Shown one piece after another: positions 56,332-64,000 of a DNA stretch of 64,000 nucleotides; within the stretch, counting starts at the first letter, position 1; every line of letters begins with the position of its first letter. Where the stretch lies: assembly GCF_009914755.1 (NCBI RefSeq), contig NC_060929.1; one strand, given 5' to 3'. The position numbers were made by a program, and so were the translations under genes. A model generated the notes under the pieces. That model worked only from the letters and a program-made list of their open reading frames with translations, searched no databases and was not told the origin of the DNA. The stretch is from the human T2T-CHM13v2.0 reference genome, Homo sapiens.

Positions 56332-57035
56332 GCATTTATCTACCTTTGGTCTTTGGTGTTGGTGACCTTTGGATGGGGTTTCTCTATGGACATCCTTTTA
56401 GTTGATATTGATGCTATTCCTTTCTGTTTCTTAGTTTTCCTTCTAACAGTCAGGCCCATCTGCTGCAGGTCTGCTGGAGTTTGCTGGACGTCTGCTCCAA
56501 ACCCTGTTTGCCTGGGTATCACCAGTGGAGGCTGCAGAACAGCAAAGATTGCTGCCTGCTCCTTCCTCTGGAAGCTTCATCCCAGAGGGGCACCTGCCAG
56601 ATGCCAGCCAGAGCTCTCCTGTATGAGGTGTCTGTTGACCCCTGCTGGGAAGTGTCTCTCAGTCAGGCGGCACGGGGGTCAGAGACCCACTCAAGGAGGC
56701 AGTCTGTCCCTTAGCAGAGCTCGGGCGCTGTGCTGGGAGATCTGCTGCTCTCTTCAGAGCTGGCAGGCAGGAATGTTTAAAAGTCCGCTGAAGTTACACC
56801 CACAGTTGCCCCTTCCCCCAGGTCCTCTGTCCCAGGGAGATAGGAGTTTTATCTATAAGCCCCTAAATGGGGCTGCTGCCTTCCTTTCAGAGATGGCCTG
56901 CCCAGAGAGGAGGAATCTAGAGAGGCAGTCTAGCTACAGTGGCTTTGTGGAGCTGCGGTGGGCTCCACCCAGTCCACACTTCATGGTGCCTTTGATTACA
57001 CTGTGAGGGGAAAACCGCCTACTCAAGCCTCAGTA

Positions 57036-57245
57036 ATGGTGGATGCCCCTCCCCTCACCAAGCTGGAGCATCACAGGTCGACTTCAAACTGCTGTGCTCA
57101 CAGTGAAAATTTCAAGCCAGTGGATCTTAGTTTGCTGGGCTCTGTGGGGGTGGAACCCACTGAAAAAGACCACTTGGCTCCCTGGCTTCAGCCCTTTTTC
57201 CAGGGGAGTGAACAGTTCTGTCTTGCTGGGGTAAGTCTGTGCTAG
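57036..57245 (+). CDS. Open L1 antisense ORF0-like frame (69 aa), expression unproven
   Basis: GTAATGG Kozak context; MVDAPPLTKL...SNCCAHSE...SVGVEPTE resembles recalled primate ORF0 (MAGAPPPASL...SDCCASN...SVGVGPSE) at the expected antisense 5' UTR position. Confidence 0.55.
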   Translation: MVDAPPLTKLEHHRSTSNCCAHSENFKPVDLSLLGSVGVEPTEKDHLAPWLQPFFQGSEQFCLAGVSLC

Positions 57246-60200
57246 CACGCAGCAAGGGCAGCAAAGAAGGAACCCCAAGCTGACGAGCTCAGCTACATAG
57301 CCCCAAGAAGCTGAGCCACCCTGGCCAGAGCCACCTTTTCCCTAAAACTATTTTTAAAAGAGTAGAATAGCAAAAATATGAGAATACATGATTAAAGTGA
57401 ACAGAAATGAGAGATAATGCTCTTGCAATTCTAGCTACTTTAAATACCAGCTAAAATTTCTATGTAATCATCTTCCTACATCATTAAAGATATTGATTCA
57501 TATAGGTTATGTTAGTCAATAGTTTTAAAAGTTCTATATTCTCTTTCCAGGGGGCCTTTCTTTTAGTAGGCTATCTATCATTTCTTTCATTTTTTATTGG
57601 TTTCATTTGAGCAAATTATTAGAAGATAGTTTGGAAATAAGATTTGCACAAATGATGAGGACAAGTAAAATGAGAAAAAATAAGTAGTTAATTGGAATCA
57701 AACATTTAAATCCCAATTCCAGCAAAACTCTCAATATCAAAATCATTATGATAATTACATGAAATAAGGATGCCTACACTTCTAGGTGCTCATAAAGGCA
57801 TATTGTACCTGTATTATAGGTCACAAGTCAATACAATGAGCAATTATGAGAGTTAAACTCAGAATCAATCCTTCTATTCAATCCTCACAATACCCTACAT
57901 TTCTTCTTCACTAAACATACCACTATTATAGTGAATATTATTTATTAGACAATTTGCCTAATGTCTGCTAGCCTTAGGAAAAGCACAGAGAATTTTAGTG
58001 TTTTTCCAAATTTTCTCAGAAACCTAAGATCTGAATAAACCATAAAAATGGCAAATGACCATCAATAGAATACACAATATTTTTAAGGTAGTAAAAAAAA
58101 AAAACAATATTTTCCGTGTCTCCTATACATATTTACTAACAGACTAAAATTCCCAAATATAACAATAAGGAAGTATAGATAACAAAAAATGCAAGGCTAT
58201 GCTCACTCCACCCGAGGGTGTCTTCCAAACAACACTGTGGAGAGGCAGGCAAAGGCCAAAACAGCCATTCTTCACCCAGTCCATGAGCTCAGAGGGTCAG
58301 GTAGCAGGGTAAGGGAAGATGCCCTCTCAGCTCAGCAGAGTCACGGTGAGAAAATATGCCCGCTGGCAATTGGGAATTGGTGCTGGGTATATTTGCCTGT
58401 CTTTTAGGCAAAGATAGGAAAAAGGGATTTGACCTAGCGGACAGTATTCAGGTTGTGTCTGGTGGCACATACCTGGCTTGCAGTTATCTTTATTACAGGG
58501 TGAGAAAACAAGAAACTAAAATATTGGTTGAACAAATTAAGATATAAGTTTTATCAAATATCATACATATCATAACATACAAATATTAACAATTCTGTTA
58601 TTAAAATTATAAACAAATTAAAATTGGTAAAAAAAGTTGTAATAAATTGGGAAAAACAATTATAACAAATGAAAATAATTATTATAGTAATATATGCTAA
58701 TACTCCAAAATATGCCACAGGGCAAGAATAAATGCTGCATGCAAAAAAAGAAATATAAAGAGAGAAAATAAATTTAAAATACTTAACTGAAATGCAAGCA
58801 GTAACGAGTTAGGATTTTTTTATTTTGCACAACCTCCCTATTGATAATACTGAGAGTTTAAGGGTCCCTGGTATTCTGATGGTAGGAGAGTTCATTGAAA
58901 CAATATTCCTAGGAAGCCATTTGGGGTGTTTTATCACAAAAACCTTGAAAAAAAGATGCAGTATTACAATTTGACCCAATAGATTCTAATTATAGAATTA
59001 CAGAATGACTTACTTATTCATTCATTAATGTTTTCATCCTATGTATGTTCATGCCAGACATGTAGTATGAACACATTAACAAGTGAATAAATAAATTTTT
59101 AAGGAACTCAATTATTTTATTATTTCAGAGCCAATGTTAGGCTTCATTACAACTTCCCAAGTCTTTACTTAGACAGCCATATAAAACTCATGTTCATAAT
59201 CTACCACTTCACTGGGAAATCAGATAATGATATATTAATAGCTATCATCCAGTGTATTCTTATGAAATTATCTGGCCACTAAGAACATTAAGAGTGGGAA
59301 TTTGTCCAAATTTCATGATGATATGTCTACATCACATCACAAACAAACTGTTGTTCCAGATTGATTTTCAACTTTATCTACTGAAAATAAAGTGGAATCC
59401 TTTAGGGTTAAGATCTACTTTTAAAACACTGTTTTTGAACTACATGTTCTGACATTAGAAAAGTAACTCACCTAAGTGAATTTCTTACGTGGTGTTCTTT
59501 TTTCAAAGGGGGTAAGTGACAGCACTTCAAGGGACACAATCCTTCAGTTTATATATACACCACAATTTTGTGTTAAAGTACAATATTCCAGAAGACAGGT
59601 GTCATAGGTTTCACACCATAGTAAGAAGTTTAAATATTGGTAGGGATGATAACACCATTTCAAGATTAATCTTTTTTTAATTATAAGTTCAGATTTCTAT
59701 TAGAAAGCATCTTCTATAATATATCAACTTGTTTAGGGGAAATTTTTCTCAATGGGATTGAATAATGTTACTTCTTTGTAAGCCATACCAAGAGGAAGAT
59801 TCTTTAGAAAACAACTTCAAAATTAGTTCTTCTTAAGTTGAGGTTAAAAGAAACCCCGTTTTACCTTTTTGAGGGATATTACTATAGAAAGAAAAAAGTT
59901 AAATTGATGCTAAAAAGCATGAATGAAGACATTTGGTTAGTTTGAGCAGATAACGAATTTTTAATATGAAATGTTTTGCCTACCCATTACACAAAGTGTT
60001 ACCTTATCTAAGTTTCTTTGATTAAATGGCACCAGAGAGTATTCGAATTGGTTTCTGGCCAGTTTCATTATCATTCTTCAGAACATTAGGGAATGTATTA
60101 GATATATTCTTTGACCTTTTGAGTAACATATTGAATTCTAGAATGAAACACAGTACACACAGCCATAATTTTTTTCATATTATTAAGCTATATCACATTT

Positions 60201-60389
60201 CATTTTTCTTCTTTTATCCTGATGAATCCTTAGAAAAATGAACATGCTGTGTTTCAAAGACATGAAGAAAGCATTTCTCTTGAAGATAGACACTTACAAA
60301 TCTATTCCCAAGTATCAGGCAGAAAGGGGGACCAGTCACTATATATAAGTGGCCAAAGTGATTAAAGGGATGTGTGGAGGATATTTAGA

Positions 60390-60550
60390 TTCCTGCTTCT
60401 CCAACTTTAGAGTGCCTAAGAAACACCTGGGATCTTGATAAATTCAGAGAGTAATTCACAAGGTCTGGGTGAGGTTTATAATTTTTTAATTTCGAACAAA
60501 CTCCCATGTGAGAATGGCTATTTTCAGTCACCCACTTACTAAGTATAAGC
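60390..60550. mobile_element. MER5-like MITE remnant
   Basis: CTTCTCCAACTTTAG..TGC.TAAGAA.CACCTGGG...GGTCTGGG...AACAAACTCCCA.GTGA. Confidence 0.5.
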
Positions 60551-63500
60551 ACTATTCAGAAAGCAGGATACACAGGGCTAAGGTTCTCATCTGCGTCTTT
60601 GAAAGAAAGAGGTGGCACCTAGGTCAGTATGAAAGTTTTCACAATTCCCTATCAATCCTGGAGAAGCTCTCTATGAATCTTCCCACAGGCTTTTCAACAC
60701 AATACTGCTCACAAATACTCTCTTCCAGCATAAATGCATGAACACTATCATATCATAATTACTATTAGCTAGTACGTATTCTGCTATTCCTAGGTGCAGG
60801 AAATGGTGATAAGAACATAAGCAGAAAAGAAGTACGTGGAAGCCCTTGCCCTTGGGTTCTTAAAAGCCAACTGCCTACATGGGTTCCAGTTGTGGACATG
60901 GGTTCTGCCTTTGGAAATTTAAGGTCTAGTTGCAGAAATAAGCAAAAGAGGGCAGCTATTAATATGAGATTGTTCATGCCCAGGACCAACTGAAAGGGAA
61001 TATGGTACTTGACTATGAAGGAGAAAAATGGTAACTGAGAGAGAATAGTGCTAATAAGGAATCAGAGACACAGCGAAGGTGACTGGGATTGGATATAGAT
61101 ATTAAAGAAATGGTGAGACTTGGTTTAAAGAAAAGAACATGTCCCAAATATGTCTTTATAATATATGAGAGCTATTGTATTCTGTACTTTTAGTACAATT
61201 TTACCAAGAAATACATCTTCCCACAAGATACTGCTTAAATGTCCTATTCATTCTATAACAAGGCAACTGTAAAAGGAGAGATTAAACTGCCTTCTTATTG
61301 AATGGGCACTTTAAAACTATCAGACATTTTCACTGTACCAAAAATGTGTCTTTTGGGAGTATATTAGACTTTCCATTATGAGGAGAAGAATGATATGCAA
61401 GACAGACACAGAGACGACAGTGACTTAACTTGCAGAAGAAACCCAAAGTCTCCAGGGAGAGGAAGGACTGATCTCAGAGACCTAAGGGAAGGAAACCAGG
61501 ATGTGGACCAGAATGGAGTGATAGGAATTCTCAGGCAGAAAAGGCACCAAAGATGCAAGAAGCCATATCTATTAAGAGGACATTGGGAATTGAGTTTGGA
61601 GACCTGGGCTCCTTAGGCAATGTGATGGCTTATTAGGGTGGCTGACGGTGAAATTCATATAGACCCAGACACCCTGGAACTGGTTTTGTTGAGGGAGAAA
61701 CGGCTGAACTTAAAATATGCACCAAAAGGAGGTATAGTGCTGGTCCCCGGAGTGAGGCACCACTGTGTCCTGAGCATCAGCCGAGAGAAGCCATTGTTCC
61801 CAGGATTCTGTAGGGCCACTCTATATACACTATATGTCTTCAGAAAGCTAGCACTCTAATTGCTCTTGTTCTTATCATACTGATTTTTAAAAGCAAAATG
61901 TTACCCACCCTCCCCCAATTAAATATGCTTCTGAAGTTCTTAAACAAATTAGAAGTTCAGGGGAAGGCATTAAAATAAGGATAATTGAATTTTCTGCTAC
62001 TAGGACATGTATAATTAATTAGAAAAATAAAAAAGATAACAGTATAATTATATCAGTTTATATATATTATAATTTCTTCATCCACAAATATATGTGGATA
62101 TAGGCATAGTACTAAGTATAAAGATTAAGAGGAGAACAAGAGAACAAAACATCTTATTTTTGTAAGTTTTACTGTCTAGAGATCCTCTTCATAAGGCCGG
62201 TCCTGGAAAAGCTTCCAATCACATATGGCTATCTGGACTGAGTAGCCACTGAATAAGAGCTAACATGCTCTCCTCCTGTTATTATGTAAAAGACTAGAGC
62301 CCTCAAGCACATTACAAACTCTCTTCCTTTAGGTCAACAAAGGCTACTAATCCTGAAAAGGGTGATATTCCGTATAGGAGAACCTAGACACACAGTCCCT
62401 GCTAGAGGGAAAAATGAGGCCGGGAGTGTTAAGGTAGTCACATGGCAGGTAATCTTTTAACTTCGTGAAACATATATACAACCCATTTTCAAAGAATCAA
62501 CCAAAATCAACATATTTATGAAAACACCAGAGGACAAAGAACACATGGAAAGACCAATTTGCCTTAAAGCATGTTTTGTCCACACACAACTTTAGTCACT
62601 GAGATAAACTGTGCATATTAAACTCTCTCATAGTTACAAATATTTTTCTTTCTAAGGCTGCTGCCATCAACTGATATCAAATAATTAGTGAACTAAAAGG
62701 CTAGTTTCAAAGACTTGTAAAATGTTGGCCACTAAGGCACTTAATGACTGGCAGATGCTCAAAACTAATACTACATGTCAAGCTACAATTTAACAAGTTT
62801 AAAACTAAATGAACACAGATTATCTTCTGTGGGTGGTGTGTCCAAAAACAATTTGAGTCATGCAATTTTTCATTTTCTGTGTCTGGTTTATATTTTTAAA
62901 GCATATCAAGTAGCAGCAGATAAGGAGACATTATGTGTTCTTTAGGTAAAAGGTTTGTTACATGCCAAGTTTCCACTCAATCTAAAGGACTTTTATAAAG
63001 GTGTGTGCTAACAGCTGGATATTTATTTTACTATATCCAAACTCAAGATTTGTAATTCAGGCTAAATAGCATAAGCCATTCTCTAAAGAATCTAATGTAT
63101 CATTTGCAGACAGAAGAATAGGGATAGAGGAGTGGAGAAAGATAGAGAAAACTGCGGAGGCATTCCCAGGCTCACAGACTTGCGAGCCTTAATAATGAGA
63201 CCAACTATGATAAGAATCCATTTCCATTGCCGATAATCCGTGGCTATCAAACCAGCTGGAACCAACACTCCTGTTGTTAAATGACACATTCTAATCATCA
63301 CTTCAGAGAAGAATTACAGAACATATATACAAGCCTAAGTGTCTTCTTGGCCTTCACAATATTCCCTTTACATAGAGATGCAAACTCAGCATCAGCACAC
63401 AGCCTGCTATTTTCTTACTGACTTTAAAGTTTGCACATTCTATGTAGGGCACAATACTCATTGCAACAAAATTAAGTAGTAAACAATTTAGCTGATGGAT

Positions 63501-63689
63501 TATGAATTCAGGTTTTGAAGATTTAATCTAACTTACATGAGATCAGCTCTGCCCTTTAAAAACCTATGTTGTTGATGGCCCCAATACTCTGGTGTCCCAT
63601 TTGCCCCCTTTTACAATTCCCATTCCAATTGGCACCCAGTACCAAAACCTGTATACACTGTCCAAGTCCATCCAAAATAGCCAAGAGAG

Positions 63690-63930
63690 TAATGTGCATA
63701 TTGGTTAAGAGCATATACTTTCCAATCAAGCATAACTGAGTTCAAATTTTGGTAAAGCATTGTTGATTGACATGGGGTAAGTCAATTAGCCTATCTATGC
63801 CTCAATACCTTAAACTTACAAAGGGAATAATTATGTCTCAAAAGGTTGATTTGAGAATCAAATTGGACAGTACATGTGAATCATTTAGCATAGTTCTTTA
63901 TGTGAAGAATGATAATACTTGTTGTTATTA
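63690..63930 (+). mobile_element. MIR
   Basis: TGGTTAAGAGCAT...GAGTTCAAAT...GGGTAAGTCA.TTA.CCT.TCT.TGCCTCA...CATTTAGCATAG. Confidence 0.7.
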
Positions 63931-64000
63931 CAGCTCATACTAAGCAGACCAATGCTACTAGTAAGCCTTTAATTTCTCTACATTCCCTCTAATTTATATT

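Overview
Primate, almost certainly human, AT-rich intergenic or intronic DNA with no recognisable host protein-coding exon. Main landmarks: (1) a complete but internally deleted HERV-H provirus (37169-42680, +) with two 453-bp LTR7s, a 5-bp TSD (ATAAT), a tRNA-His primer-binding site, a polypurine tract and decayed gag/pro/pol/env; (2) a near full-length, inactive L1PA7/8-type LINE-1 (about 51238-57232, -) that keeps an open antisense ORF0-like frame; (3) many older repeats (Alu, L2, MIR, L1M, MLT/THE1, ERVL remnant, MER45A, MER5A, MER53) and microsatellites; (4) several non-repeat blocks dense in developmental TF motifs. The best leads are regulatory. The HERV-H 5' LTR has lost both its TATA box and the adjacent GT box while the 3' LTR keeps them. 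The L1 truncation junction creates an in-frame splice donor at the end of ORF0, with a strong acceptor 320 nt downstream. Repeat subfamily names come from recalled consensus sequences, and boundaries of old repeats are approximate.
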